From Octopus sinensis (lineage: Eukaryota), in NCBI RefSeq assembly GCF_006345805.1, contig NC_043014.1:22196001-22260000 (forward strand): a DNA stretch of 64,000 bases, in the 5' to 3' direction. Numbering within the stretch: position 1 is the stretch's first letter; each line of letters starts with the position of its first letter. A program made the position numbers and the translations under genes. Shown here piece after piece: positions 39,668 to 52,952 of this stretch. Under the pieces are notes generated by a model. That model did no database searches and was not told the origin of the DNA. It saw only the letters and a list, made by a program, of their open reading frames with translations.

Positions 39668-41018
39668 TAGGGGCAGGTGTGGCCGTGTGGTAACAAACTA
39701 CGTTCGAAGATACTGTACTTGATATGGGCGGTAGTGCCTTGCCGGTCTATGGCCTACCTTCAACAAACCGGGAAGGCACAAACACTCTGTCTTCACATTT
39801 GCTGCGTGAGACATGTTTTAATGTTGACGAGCTTGCCGAGTACATAGCCGACAATGAGCCAAAGCTCCTTCCAGAACAGAAGTTCGCTTACAACTCCGTT
39901 GTTAATTCAGTCCGGGCCAAAGCTGTGGGGATTTTTTCCTGGACGCTCCTGGGGGCACTGGGAAAACTTTTCTCAACAAATTAATATTGGCTGAGATTAG
40001 GCGAACATAAGGCATTGCCCTAGCTGTGGCATCATCTGGAATTGCGGCTACTTTGTTGCCAGGCGGCAGGACAGCTCACTCCACTTTCAAGCTTCCGCTT
40101 GACTTAGCGAAGACTGAGACACCAACTTGCAACATCAGTAACAGCTCCGATCAGGCAGAAGTCTTCAGACAATGCAAGCTTATCGTTTGGGATGAATGCA
40201 CGATGGCCCACAGAGATGCTCTTGAGGCACTAGATAGATCTCTCAGAGACATCAAACACTCTTCAGCTCCCATGGAGGCATAACACTTCTTCTTTCAGGG
40301 GACTTCCGACAAACACTTCCCGTTATTCCCAAAGGGACTAGAGCTGATGCAGTAAGTGCGTGTCTTAAGTCATCCACATTGTGGCCACTGGTGAAGACTC
40401 TCAAACTTCACACCAATATGCGTGCTCATATGCGACGTAATATCACATCAGCAGCATTTTCTCACACCCTCCTTGCACTTGGCGAAGGCAAAATACCAGG
40501 GGATGAAAATGGTAATATTGCCATCGATTCCATTTGTACCATTGTTAAAACGCCTTCTGATCTCAGAGATGCAGTGTTCCCAATCTACAAGCTAATTATC
40601 AGAATATGGATTGGATTGGCCAAAAGGCTATTCTGGCCCCGAGGAATAAAACTGTTCACCATATTAATGATGAAATGCTAAAACTCATTCCTGGGGATGT
40701 CTATGTATATCAGTCTATCGATACAACTCCTGACCCAGAGGACGTCATCAACTATCCAATAGAGGTACTCAATTCCTTTGAGCCCCCCACCCGGACTACC
40801 ACCACACATTCTCAAACTTAAAGTTGGTGCCCCTATAATGCTCATTAGAAATTTGGTTCCCCCAAAACAATGCAATGGCACACGTTTGATCGTTAAGTCC
40901 TTATCTCCCAGCGTAAACTTATATCAATATTTGCCTGAATAATCATCATAATTCGGTGCAATCATTAACAGTACTTTCAAGCAATTCAGCTCCGAGCATC
41001 GCCGGGCAATTCTGCTAG
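38569..41018 (+). mobile_element. Helitron unit B
   Basis: TC start directly after CTAG of unit A; hairpin plus CTAG|T at 41015-41019. Confidence 0.9.
39700..40915 (+). pseudogene. PIF1-like helicase of Helitron RepHel, frameshifted
   Basis: LDAPGGTGKT, ASSGIAATLLPGGRTAHS, WDECTM, GDFRQTLPV, LAPRN, NGTRL across frames. Confidence 0.9.
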
Positions 41019-41273
41019 TATATTTACATGCCACGATCCGATGGAATCTACTTGTAAAAATGATAGGTAAATTCCAATTAAAGAAATTCTATATTGTAGA
41101 ATTGTATAAAAAACGAACGCTTTGGGAGGCAGAGACAATCTGCCTTTTATCATAAGATATATATATATATATTTATTTATAACAACCAGCATGTACGAAG
41201 AAAATCCCATCTGCCAGGATTTTAAATCACATTTTTTTCTTTTATACACACACACACACACACACGCACACAC

Positions 41274-41336
<63 letters not shown>

Positions 41337-41364
41337 TATATATGTGCATATGTATGTGATGATG

Positions 41365-42930
41365 TACCATATACTCGCACTTCTTTTCCCTGAAATTTTC
41401 ACCTAAAGTTAGGTGTGCGACTTATAAGCGCATCCAATAAAAAATCTTCAGGTATTTTCTAGGTGCAAGCCACGTCTGAAGTCCCGACACTTGCAATAAC
41501 CGAAAAAATCCGAATCGCTAATTCCGAAGCCAAGAAGTACACGGAAAACGATCTTTAGATATTTATTTATATACTTCTTTACTTCTGTTAATATGAAATA
41601 AACAATCAATTTTTAAAAAGCGAGTTTAATGCTTGTTTGCTTTGTACCGTACCTGTCTTTCTTTAATTCCACGCCATGTTATTTGTTAACATGAAGAGAA
41701 AGAGGAATTTGTATGATATCGCTTTCAAGCTGAAAGTTGTTGAATACGCGAAGTCGCATTCGAATCGAGCTGCAGAAAGAGAATTTGGGGTCTTAGAAAA
41801 AATGGTCAGGGATTGGCGTTTGAAAGAGGGAAAAATGAAATCCGTTGATATCAAACCGTAAAAAGAAAATTAGGATAGGAATGAGTCCTAATGAGGAGAT
41901 GGAGACTATTTTGAGAGGCTGGGTGACTGAACTAAGCACGAATGAACTTGCGGTCACGAGAAGCATCATTAGATTGCGGGCTCTCCAAGTGACTTAACAT
42001 GGTATATCCGACTTTAAAGCATTCTCTGGCTGGTGTACGAGGTTTATGAAACGCCACAATCTTACGCTGAGACAGAGGACTCATATTGCACAGAAATTAC
42101 CCGCTGACGTAAAGAGAAAAGTTGATTCCTTCCATCGGTATGTAATAGACCTACGAAAAAGGCACGAATTAGCCTTGGAAACAATCGGTAATATGGATGA
42201 GACAACCCTTTCTTTCGATATGGCTGAAACTCGAGCAGTCGACGATAAAGGCAAAAACACAATTTCGGTAAGAACTACGGGGAGCGACAAGGTCCACTTC
42301 ACTGCAATTTTGACTTGTATGACGGACGCTACGAAAATTACCTCGGCTGTTGTTTTCAAAAGAAAGACTTTCTCGAAAGAGAAGTTTCCGAAGTACATTG
42401 TGGTGTTTGTTCAGGAGAAAGGTAGGGTGGATAAAACCGTATTGACGAACTGGTTAAACGACTTGTGGTTCAAGCGCCCAGGAGCTATGCTTAATTCAAA
42501 GTCGCTTCTTGAATGGAATATAGTCAGGGCTCATCTGATCGACAGCATAAAAAATAGATTAAAGTAGTTTCGTACCAAGTAGATGTACATCTGTGCTTCA
42601 GCCACTCTACGCGTCGGTGAACAAGACTTTTAAGTGGAATGAATGGATGATTAATGGTGACAAGGAAATGACAAAGGCTGGGAACTTTAAACGCCCTGTT
42701 TGCCAGCGAACTTGTGATTAAATATTTTTGAAGTGCGGGATCTCAAGTTCCATGGATGGTACGGAAGATGACGAGCTATATAATGACTTCCAGTGTTTCA
42801 TCAGTTACTGAAGGCCAGACAAGTGAAGACGAGAATCAGGGTGTATATGACGAGACCATCACAACCGAGGAGTTTTACCAGTTATTTGGTGAAAATGATG
42901 ATGAAAGTGATGATTAGTATAACTTCGATT
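41365..42930 (+). mobile_element. pogo-type transposon remnant (Brinker DBD, CENP-B HTH, DDE)
   Basis: YDIAFKLKVVEYA, GWCTRFMKRHNLTLRQRT, NMDET, LQPL..VNKTFK; left end TACCATATACTCG. Confidence 0.9.
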
Positions 42931-43092
42931 CTTCTTTCATTTATTCTTCCGATTTTTGTCCCAATGTTTCATACACTTCCTTACAATTTAAAACAGTATA
43001 TTGTATTTTTTTTTTCAATTATAGCACGTATGACTGCATGGTTTTGTGTGTCAGTTGCTGCAAAATTGTCCTAATGATCCTTTCTATTACAG

Positions 43093-43283
43093 GCACAAGG
43101 CCAGAAATTTGGGGAAGGCGGATAGTCGATTACATCGACCCCAGTACTCAACTGGTACTTAATTTATCGACCCCAAAAGGTAAAGTCGACTTCAGCGCAA
43201 TTTGAACGTAGAACGTAGCGACGGGCGAAATACCGCTGCGCATTCCGTCCAGCGTGCTAACAATTCTGCCAGCTCGCCACCTT
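43093..43283 (-). mobile_element. tRNA SINE (9277 family)
   Basis: Reverse complement of head and central domain. Confidence 0.85.
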
Positions 43284-43537
43284 GAAAGTGTCTTAATAAT
43301 GAAAGACATAAATCAAACAGTAAAGGGCAAGTATCGAGGCAATTAAGTCTCAATACGATATGGAGCTAAACTGGTGTAGGCTTGGATAAAACACAGACGC
43401 AGAAGGGCACCAAATCCTCATAAGTTACTGGCCAGAAGGTCAATTTCGCGCCTAACGATAACATTGTGTCCTTCTGGTGGTGCCAGCAACAAGCTGACGG
43501 GAAATGGGGCCAAAGCATAACAGACCGAGAATGTGTG

Positions 43538-43579
<42 letters not shown>

Positions 43580-43710
43580 TGTGCGCGCGCGTGCGTGTGT
43601 GTGTGTGCGTGTGTATGTGCATGTGTGTATGTATATATATATATTACTTTTATTATTTTTACTTGTTTCCATTCGAAACTTTACATACACGCGCGCGCCC
43701 ACACACACAC

Positions 43711-43871
<161 letters not shown>

Positions 43872-43897
43872 GATAGCTAGCTAGCTAGCTAGCTAGC

Positions 43898-43964
<67 letters not shown>

Positions 43965-43981
43965 GTAGATACATACATACA

Positions 43982-44015
<34 letters not shown>

Positions 44016-44345
44016 CATACATACATACATACATACATACATAACTTGGAACAAGAATGACAAACTATCCCAAGGAAATTCCTGCAAACCTAGGTGTTCA
44101 ATATCTTTTTGCAAATATAACACGAAAGGACCTCTTCGCGATCACTCAATCAACAAGGAATATTAGCCACATCTCCCTCAAACCATATCCTATTGCCTTA
44201 AAAGTGGAACAACACGATTGTTAATATATAGTTCCCAATTAATTAGATAATTTTCAGTGCCCCCCCTCTACAAAAGCTAGTGTTTTATGCTTCGTGTAGT
44301 ACGCCAGTCGCAGCCAAAAAGCATTGCGAGCTTGAGGCTTCACCA

Positions 44346-44579
44346 TTAGCCACAATGATACACTAAAAATTCATCATAGTGTCCTCTGCACGAGCGGGTG
44401 CTCAGGACCCAGTTTAAACAAATCTGTCTAATTGGCTTAAAACCGGCTCTGGTTGGATCTGCTAGAAATAACAACCAAATTCTGCTGTCGTATGGTTGAT
44501 TCCTATCTGTCATATAACGTTTTGGGAGGTCGCATTCCAGGCGATCTTTTCGCAATTCCTGTATCAGTTGCGCTAACAC
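44346..44579 (-). CDS. Candidate exon/ORF (ELRKDRLECDLPKRY...WLLFLADP...)
   Basis: Protein-like open frame; possible phase-0 acceptor at 44558 lacks a good pyrimidine tract; donor unclear. Confidence 0.35.
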   Translation of the reverse strand: MLAQLIQELRKDRLECDLPKRYMTDRNQPYDSRIWLLFLADPTRAGFKPIRQICLNWVLSTRSCRGHYDEFLVYHCG

Positions 44580-44688
44580 TGTTCACAATTTTTCACATTT
44601 GTTTCTAACCTCACAAACAATATCCAAATTTCAAGGAATAATGGAAAAATTTGATATAGATATACTATAATAATAATAATAATTATAA

Positions 44689-44720
<32 letters not shown>

Positions 44721-44725
44721 TAATA

Positions 44726-44869
44726 ATATGAGATCACCATGTCGCGCACATATGGTTGTGATGCATGTGCCTGGTGTACCCTTATCAGACGGGTAGTCAT
44801 GATGGGTATATTGGGCTTCGTATATTTTACCCCAGTGTCACTTTGATGGCATGAACTGCTCTCTCACTC

Positions 44870-44870
<1 letters not shown>
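44726..44870 (+). mobile_element. Short 3' fragment of the 8697 family inside (TAA)n
   Basis: Homologous to 8697-8840; (TAA)n on both sides. Confidence 0.7.
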
Positions 44871-44953
<83 letters not shown>

Positions 44954-44977
44954 CATCATTATTATTATTATTATTAT

Positions 44978-45690
44978 TTGTTTTTATTTGCTACAAGGGC
45001 TTAAATAGAATAACATAAAATTACATGACATAAAGGGTTTTCAGCCTGTAAACAAGAAAAACAATAAGAATTGAACAACGTAAAACTCCCAATTGGAGAG
45101 GCGCTTTAAAGGTCCTCGTGGAAAAATCCACAAAAATTCACGGGTGCCTGACCAACAGGCTAAGAGCCCTTCTTTTATTTCTTCACGAGTGTATACTCAG
45201 AATTGGTCCTTTCACACTGGCTATTCTTCCAACATTCACCTATCTTCCAACATACTTGCTAGAAGACAACACCCTACCCTAACTTCTACCCTAACTTTCC
45301 TCTTCAAGTGGAACTTGAAGACATTGATGCGGACTTGGCCAAAGAGGAAAGTGTCTGACTTTAGCCCTTTCAAACAAGTTCACCATACTATCTCTTTCAC
45401 TACAGCCACCAGACAAATAAAAATTGCCAGCTCCTCCCGGCCAAAGGAGGGCGGCGCCCCTCAGTAACACTGCTCGGCAAGGGATTTCTGGAAGTTATCC
45501 AAGTTATGCATAGGCCCATGCCCGAAAGTTCTCCGAAACAATCTAGTAAGTTGATCCTCGTCGACTCCTAGAGTTTACAGTAGATGGAGCGTCTGACCAG
45601 TGGAAAGCACCCATTCCACAGAAAGCGGAAGAATAAGCGCACCAGCTTGCTCAGCCATCAAACGGGGCAAAGAATGACGGAGAGAGTGTG
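44978..45690 (-). mobile_element. Second Tx1-clade LINE fragment with internal deletion
   Basis: Homologous to about 13590-14400; the zinc-knuckle segment is absent. Confidence 0.75.
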
Positions 45691-45715
45691 ACATTCCTCC
45701 TCCTCCTCCTCCTCC

Positions 45716-45751
<36 letters not shown>

Positions 45752-46089
45752 CATTATTGTAACTTAGTGAAGAGAATATAGAATTCAAGAGTGTATATAG
45801 TGTTTTAAACAGGTATTGCACTCTGGAATATTTACGGACTTAGCAGCATCAGAATGTGGCATTGAACTGAGAGTATTTGGAGAAGTAATAGTCTCAGAAG
45901 TAAGAATGCCGACTGGTTCCAATCTGTTTGAAGAAGGACGGTTGAGCTAGGGTCTAGCAATCCTTTGATTGAAAAAGTGTAGAATTAAATTAAAGAAAAC
46001 CTTGGCTAGGTGGTAAAGATGTTTCTAGTATAACTAAAGTATGACAGCCTATGTCACTGGAATAATCAGACTTTAACGGCCATTACTCA

Positions 46090-47130
46090 AGCATCGATCG
46101 TTTCTTGGAATGTGCAGGAGTTAAACCATGATGATGAGGTAAGCAGGAGACAAGAAGTTAAGGAGATGGATAAATACTCTAAAGAGACTGGGACAAGTGA
46201 TTCAAATAGGGAAAACGCGCCAACAAATGACCCTGAAACGAAATGAAGGGAACTTATTTTCAGTTGAACGCCACATTAGAAAAAATGCCTAAATAAGACA
46301 CTGTATTTGCTAATTGTAATTTTAATAGCTAGTTAAAACAGATGAAAAATGGCTGGAAGGCTATCACCAGTCCATTCTCGACAGAAAAATTAACAGCCAA
46401 CGTATTTGTGGGTGACGAGAAAAATCTTGTCAGAGCAGTAGACGTAAGTTCAAATCACTGTATGGTGATTTATTAAGATAAAAGTAAAGAAAAACGTTTT
46501 TTAATCTAAAAACCAAAGCCTTTTGATACTTATTAGTAAACGTAATGAAAGTAACATCAAAAATTTGTATCAGTTAGACCTTGGAAATCGATATGCTGCA
46601 TTAAATGCAGAAATAGATAGAGATCAGTATTACAAATGAGACAGCCGAAAATAGAATACGAAGAAATGGAAGAAACTGTTATAAGTAGTTATTAGAGTCC
46701 ATGGAATAAGCGACAAGAACAGAAAGTTAAGAGAGATATGATACAAGATACTAAAGAGACGTATAAAATACTGGAAAATGAAGTAAAGAAGCGTTGTCGC
46801 AAAGATAGAAAGAACTACTACAAGAAATGATTCATAAGCCATACACAAAATTCTGAAGCAAATTGTCAGATTATTGCAGCAGCAATGGAAAGTTGTCTGT
46901 CAGAGGTAAGAATGCCGAGTGTCTAAAGACAGAAGAGGATGAGGAACAAAGATGTTTAACATATTTGAAAGAACTACTAAACCAACAGGAACTGAATGAG
47001 CTTTTTACACGTGATTGTCTAAATATGGAATTACGTTGGAGGAAGTTCGAAAAACTTTGGAATCATTGCAAAATAACAAAGTTGCTGGAATATGTTATTC
47101 CTGGTGAGGTTGTTGAGGAAAAGCCATGAA
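46090..47130 (+). mobile_element. Decayed RTE-type LINE (APE region)
   Basis: IVSWNVQEL, AVDVSSNHCMV and LGNRYAAL resemble TWNVRTL, GADVGSDH and NRF..L. Confidence 0.55.
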
Positions 47131-47199
47131 GACAACGCTACTTAACCCACATAACCTGATTTAGTGTGATGAGAAAATACCAGAACAGTGGAAAACCAC

Positions 47200-47590
47200 G
47201 GCGCAGGCATGGCCGTGTGGCAACAAGTTTGCTTCCCAACCACATAGTTCCGGGTTCAGTTCCACTGCGTGGAATCTTGGGCAGTATCTTCTACTATAAC
47301 CTCAGGTCGACCAAAGGTTATGAGTGGATTTGGTCGACGGAAACTGAAAGAAGCTCGTTGTATATATAATCTAAGTTCATATCTGTGTTTGTCCCCCACC
47401 ACCGATTGACGACCGTTGATGGTGTGTTTACGTCCCTGTAACTTAGCGGATCGGCAAAGAGACCGATACAATAAGTAACACGCTTAAAATATAATAAATA
47501 AATACTGAGGTCGATTCATTCGACTAAAAATTGAAGGCGGTGCCCCAACATGGCCGCAATCTAATGACTAAAAGAAGTAAAAGAGAAAAA
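47200..47590 (+). mobile_element. CORE-like tRNA SINE, full length
   Basis: GGCGCAGGCATGGCCGTGTGG head through AAGTAAAAGA tail. Confidence 0.85.
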
Positions 47591-48299
47591 AATGAAAGAG
47601 ATGCGAAACTGCCAATGAAGGTGACGTTAGTGATAGTTCAAGGCAACAGAGGCTCTCTCTGTTTGCGATGCATTATTGAATTCATTACACTCATGTACAA
47701 ACATTTTAACGTCACATAATCAAGGAGGAAGTTCTTCGAGTACATCCGAAGCTCAATAATCTTCTCACCCTTCTTTTACAGTGAATGCAAAGAAATATTA
47801 AATATAATCCAGCCTTAAGTATACAAGGGAAACTATGTTGTTGATTGGATCATTGACGACAAATAAAACTGCCCGGTTACCATATTTCATCTAGATCTAC
47901 TTTTATGATACAAATCATGATCAGGCAAACAGGCTGCAACAAGTGGATATCCGAGACACTCCATGACCTGAAAAGATACCCGAAAAGATTATAACATCAT
48001 AATTAAACTTTCAAGGCAGTTATCGAGGTCACTGGCGCACAAATTATTTATTTGGTCCGGCATACCGACAAGTAAATGAAACCATCCGATGCCCAGTGCA
48101 TATCGTACAATTTGCCGATAGCTTGATATTTCGGTCAGGAACCAAAGTGGAGGGTCTAGAGTATTAACCAAGTTCACAGAGCTTGCAACTCTCTCTATTA
48201 CGTCCTGCTCTTCCCACATGATGTTGATGTCTGGCAGTTTTGAAGGGAAAATCAAGAACAACCAAGAAGACTAAACAATTAACTCTGATCCCAACAGTT

Positions 48300-48370
<71 letters not shown>

Positions 48371-48406
48371 ATATATATATAATATATATATATATAATAA
48401 ATTAAT

Positions 48407-48770
48407 AAATAAAATAAAACATATGCATATATACATACATATATGTACGTACATACCTCTACATGTATATATACATGCATATATGGGTACAGAACACCAA
48501 ACAAAAACGTCGAACACAATGAGAAACGAAAACATAAACCCAAAACCAAGGAAATGGACATTTTTCTTAAACAACGAAAAAATAGAGTACAGGACATACA
48601 AAACAAGGAAAATTCCCCTTCTTCAGTCACCTTTGTTTCATCTACTCCACGTTTCGAAGGTCAAGGCTATACATGACTTTAATGAAACAATCCTTCCCGC
48701 GAAAATCAAATTAAATAAAATTTGGTACAAAAGAAAGTACACTAAATCTACGATTATAAAAACTTAGGTT
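48407..48770. mobile_element. Copy of the 33710 (TA)n-flanked repeat
   Basis: Direct homology over about 350 bp. Confidence 0.7.
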
Positions 48771-48854
48771 TAAAGATCCTAATTTCCAGTAGGATAGTAA
48801 ATATAAGCGTTGATTAAGTACAGTACATGCACAAGTGGAAGTGAGTTCAATCTC

Positions 48855-49585
48855 TGTTTCAGGGTTCAATTTCACTGTGTGGCACAATGGGCAAGTGTCT
48901 ACAACTATAGCCTCGGGCAGACCAAAGCCTTCTGAGAGGATTTGGTAGACGGAAATTGAAAGAAGCCCGTGTGTGTTTGTGTGTGTCTGTGTTTGTCCCC
49001 TCACCATCGCTTGACAATCGATGTTGGTGTGTTTACATCCCCGTAACTAAACGGTTCGGCAAAAGAGAACGATAGAATAATTACTAGACTTACAAAGAAG
49101 AAGTCCTGGTGTCGATTTGTTTGACTAAAGGCGGTGTTCCGACATGCCGACATGGTCAGAGTCAAATGACAGAATCAAGTAAAACAATATATATATACTT
49201 ACTCTTTTACTTGTTTCAGTCATTTGACTGCGGTCATGCTGGAGCACTGCCTTTTAGTCGAGCAAATCGACCCCAGAACTATTCTTTGTAAGCCTAGTAT
49301 TTATTTTAACGTTCTATTTTGCCGAACCGCTAAGTTACGAGGACGTAAACACACCACCATCGGTTGTCAAGCGATGTTGGGGGGACAAACACACACACAC
49401 ATACATATATATACATATATAAGACGGGCTTCTTTCAGTTTCCGCCTACCAAATCCACTCACAAGGCTTTGGTCGGCCGAGGCTATAGTAGAAGACACTT
49501 GCCCAAGGTGCCACGCAGTGGGACTGAACCCAGAACCATGTGGTTGGTAAGCAAGCTACTTACCACACTGCCACTCCTGTGCCTA
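48855..49585. mobile_element. Two CORE-like SINEs tail-to-tail (48855-49185 +, 49197-49585 -)
   Basis: Same family in opposite orientation, about 10-nt spacer. Confidence 0.85.
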
Positions 49586-49789
49586 TATTTATTAATTATA
49601 TATATACGCGTGAATATGTATATTCCAGTCTGCAAGGGTAGATAATTAATAGGTATATCTATATACAAGTGTTCTAATGTATTTATTTATATGTACATAT
49701 TCACATATATATGCCTATACCTACAATTTTATTCCTTTTTGAGTTTTTACTTATTGATTTGCTCACCTATAAATTTAAGCGAATATGTA

Positions 49790-50113
49790 CTTTAGAAGAC
49801 TCCGCCGGTTACGACGACGAGGGTCCCACCTGATACGATCAACGGAACAGCTTGCTCGTGAAATCAACGTGCAAATGGCTGAGCATTCCACAGACACGTG
49901 TACCCTTAACGTAGTTCTCGGGGATAATCAGCGTGACACAGAGAGTGACAAGGCTGACCCTTTGAAATACAAGTACAACTCATTTTTGCCAGCTGAGTGG
50001 ACTGGAGCAACGTGAAATAAAGTGTCTTGCTCAAGGACACAACGCGTCGCCGGGAATCGAACTCACAACCTTACGATCATGAGCCGAATGCCCTAACCAC
50101 TAAGCCACGCGCC
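49790..50113 (-). mobile_element. Third tRNA-derived SINE family, full length
   Basis: GGCGCGTGGCTTAGTGG A-box, GAGTTCGATTCCC B-box, TGTGTCCTTGAGCAAGACAC core-like motif. Confidence 0.85.
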
Positions 50114-50280
50114 CTCACATGTACTTAATCTATTGGATAAACATTTTGACTATTAATAACGTCTACTTATTACTAATCTCTATATTAATAAACTAAATAT
50201 ATTTACCCCAATATTAATACGATACTTACATGGTAAATTACAATTTATTATATATCTCTACACCTAACTATTATCTAGAG

Positions 50281-50481
50281 CAGTGCTTTTCAAACATTTT
50301 GCTGGAGCGGAACCCCAAGGAAACATTCCACTGGCTCGAGGAACCCCTGTGCAATAATTTAATAGTCTTATGCACACATATCTGTACAGGAGACTTAAAA
50401 ATTACTGCCGATTTTAGCAGTTTTGTAACTTCTTGCGGAACCCCTGGACTATACTGGCGGAACCCTGGTTGAAAACCACTG
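50281..50481. mobile_element. hAT (Charlie-like) MITE, 201 bp
   Basis: TIRs CAGTGCTTTTCAAAC / GTTGAAAACCACTG; exact 8-bp TSD ATCTAGAG at 50273-50280 and 50482-50489. Confidence 0.92.
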
Positions 50482-51004
50482 ATCTAGAGTATATTAATAT
50501 ATATTTATTTCCCACTAAATATACACCCTAATTCGCCCCCTAAATGGTTTATACCAAATTTATCCATATAATGATACTCAGTTTGTTGTAATGTTCCGTA
50601 TACTTAACAACTAATACTATATTGGTATATCTTTTTTCTGCCTCTGACGAGATTCCGCTTTATAAAAGGGTTTATTACAATTATAATCTTTAAAATACAA
50701 ACCGAAACAGCTGTTTGAGATTATGTTTAGTTTTGCAGTTAATAAATATACTTATTAATTGATTTATCTCCATTTTCTTATTTTTCGGGTCTAATACTCT
50801 TAGCTTAGACTTTTTGGGGGGCAACCAGATCGAACTATCTCATGTGTAACTGCCCGAAGTGGTCGTGACTTCTGGGACTTGACTGATGAAAGAAAGTAAA
50901 AAATGACGCGTCTTTTTTTGCCTGTGCTTCTAATTGTTGTTTTTCTTGTCCGCCTTTGTATCGTCTATCTGTCCGAGCGTTTTAATGCCTTCTATTGTAT
51001 TTTT

Positions 51005-51042
<38 letters not shown>

Positions 51043-51065
51043 CTCTCTCTCTCTGTCTCTCTGTC

Positions 51066-51152
<87 letters not shown>

Positions 51153-51472
51153 GATATATTATATATATTATATATATATATATACACACCCAGGTTGAAG
51201 TGTGACAAGCTAGCGGCATCACTAGTGAGTGGTTAAAATAACTACTAAAGAAAATATTCCTACTATGGACAACAGAATGAGAACAATCTAACTCGGTTTC
51301 AAATTCCAAGGGCAGTACTGAAGAAGGCCGAATTGTTCAACAGTCAAAACGTGACTATAACAGCCAAAGATGACGATACTAGTTCGAAGGATGATTCCTC
51401 GTCTCTAAAATTCAGACAAAACTAACACAGTTGTGTGTATACGTACACACGCGCGCGCGCTCACACACACAC

Positions 51473-51511
<39 letters not shown>

Positions 51512-52506
51512 TGTATAATTTTGTCTAATGACGTAATAGGTATATATAATAGGTACGTACGATAAGTGCTTGGGTTGGTTTACCACTAAAACTTCAACTT
51601 CAATTGCTGTTAAAACAATGGTGGTGTTGTAGAGCCTAACGAAGAATGGCTATAAGTGATTTATCATTGAGCGGATAATGCATATTAGAAAGAAAGAATG
51701 AACAAGAAAATCATGCGGGATCACTTTAGAGTTTGTAGTTTATAATTCAAACAGAGCTATTAGAGTAAATAAGGGATTAAGAAATAATGCATAAAGTCTA
51801 TTACAGCAGTTTCTAGAATGGTGGTGTATATCGTGCATGGGTCATTGTGCAAAGAGTCTCATGTATGCCAACTATACCGCCTTCAGAGAGGAAGAATTAA
51901 GGAATATACTTAATAAAGGGTATTAATAGTTATCCGTTCCATTGTCGAAGAATCAAGGAATATCCTTCATAAAGGATAATAACAATTACTTTATTATATT
52001 TATCTCCCTTCCTTGCTGCTTTTTAGATCATAAACATCTTCAGAGGAAGATTTTGTCAACTAATTGTTCGAACAATCTCATATGAGTGAAACTTTTCAAC
52101 TCATTGTATTTGTATTTAGTATGCAAACAGATCTTCAAAGCTATTTCCAACAGCACTATTGTTGATATTCATAATGAGCAACTCTTCATTCCTTCTCTCT
52201 ATTACCCTATATGTAAATCATTCTTAGTCTTGCTAGAAGAATATACTTTGCTGATGAATAGCCTTCATCAGGTGGCGTTAAAAAAACCCAATTTATTCCA
52301 ATCTACAGCGTAAAAATTTTGCAAAAGTTTCTTTCAACTGATCTTATTTGAATTCTGTCCCCTTGCTTGCTTATAAAAAATGTTAATAACTTAAAAGGAA
52401 GTTTTGTCGAGTTATTACTTCCATATCTCAAATCATGGAAATTTTTACCTTACTCTATTACATTATACATTATATACATATACATACGTTGATATTGTAT
52501 CAAATC

Positions 52507-52870
52507 AAGGCGGCGAGCTGGCAGAAACGCTAGCACGTATTTCGTCTGTCGTTAAGTTCTAAGTTCAAATTCCGCCGAGGTCGACTTTGCCTTTCATCCT
52601 TTCGGGGTCGATTAAATAAGTACCAGTTACGTACTGGAGTCGATATAATCGACTTAATCCGTTTGTCTGTCCTTGTTTGTCCCCTCTGGGTAGAAAAGAA
52701 ATATGTATTTCTTCTGTCGTCTTTACGTTCTGAGTTCAAATACCGCCGAGGTCGACTTTGCCTTTCATCCTTTCGAAGTCAATAAAATTAAGTACCAGTT
52801 GCGCACTGAATCGATCTAATCGACTGGCCCCCTCCCCCAAAATTTCGGCCTTGTGCCTAGAGTAGAAAAG
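52507..52870 (+). mobile_element. tRNA SINE (9277 family) with two tandem body units
   Basis: Head plus duplicated central domain. Confidence 0.85.
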
Positions 52871-52920
52871 ATATTATATGAAATCATATATAATATGATA
52901 TAATATATATATATATATAT

Positions 52921-52952
<32 letters not shown>

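Noticed and set aside
47989-48261. 90-aa minus ORF
   Set aside because: It abuts a repeat family copy, shows no recognisable motif and has no convincing splice sites.
49790-50113. tRNA gene
   Set aside because: The tRNA-like head has A/B boxes but no complete cloverleaf and continues into a SINE body.
52250-52272. CTGATGAA..TTCATCAG as a ribozyme
   Set aside because: It is a simple 8-bp hairpin that sequesters the core, with no GAAA or NUH.
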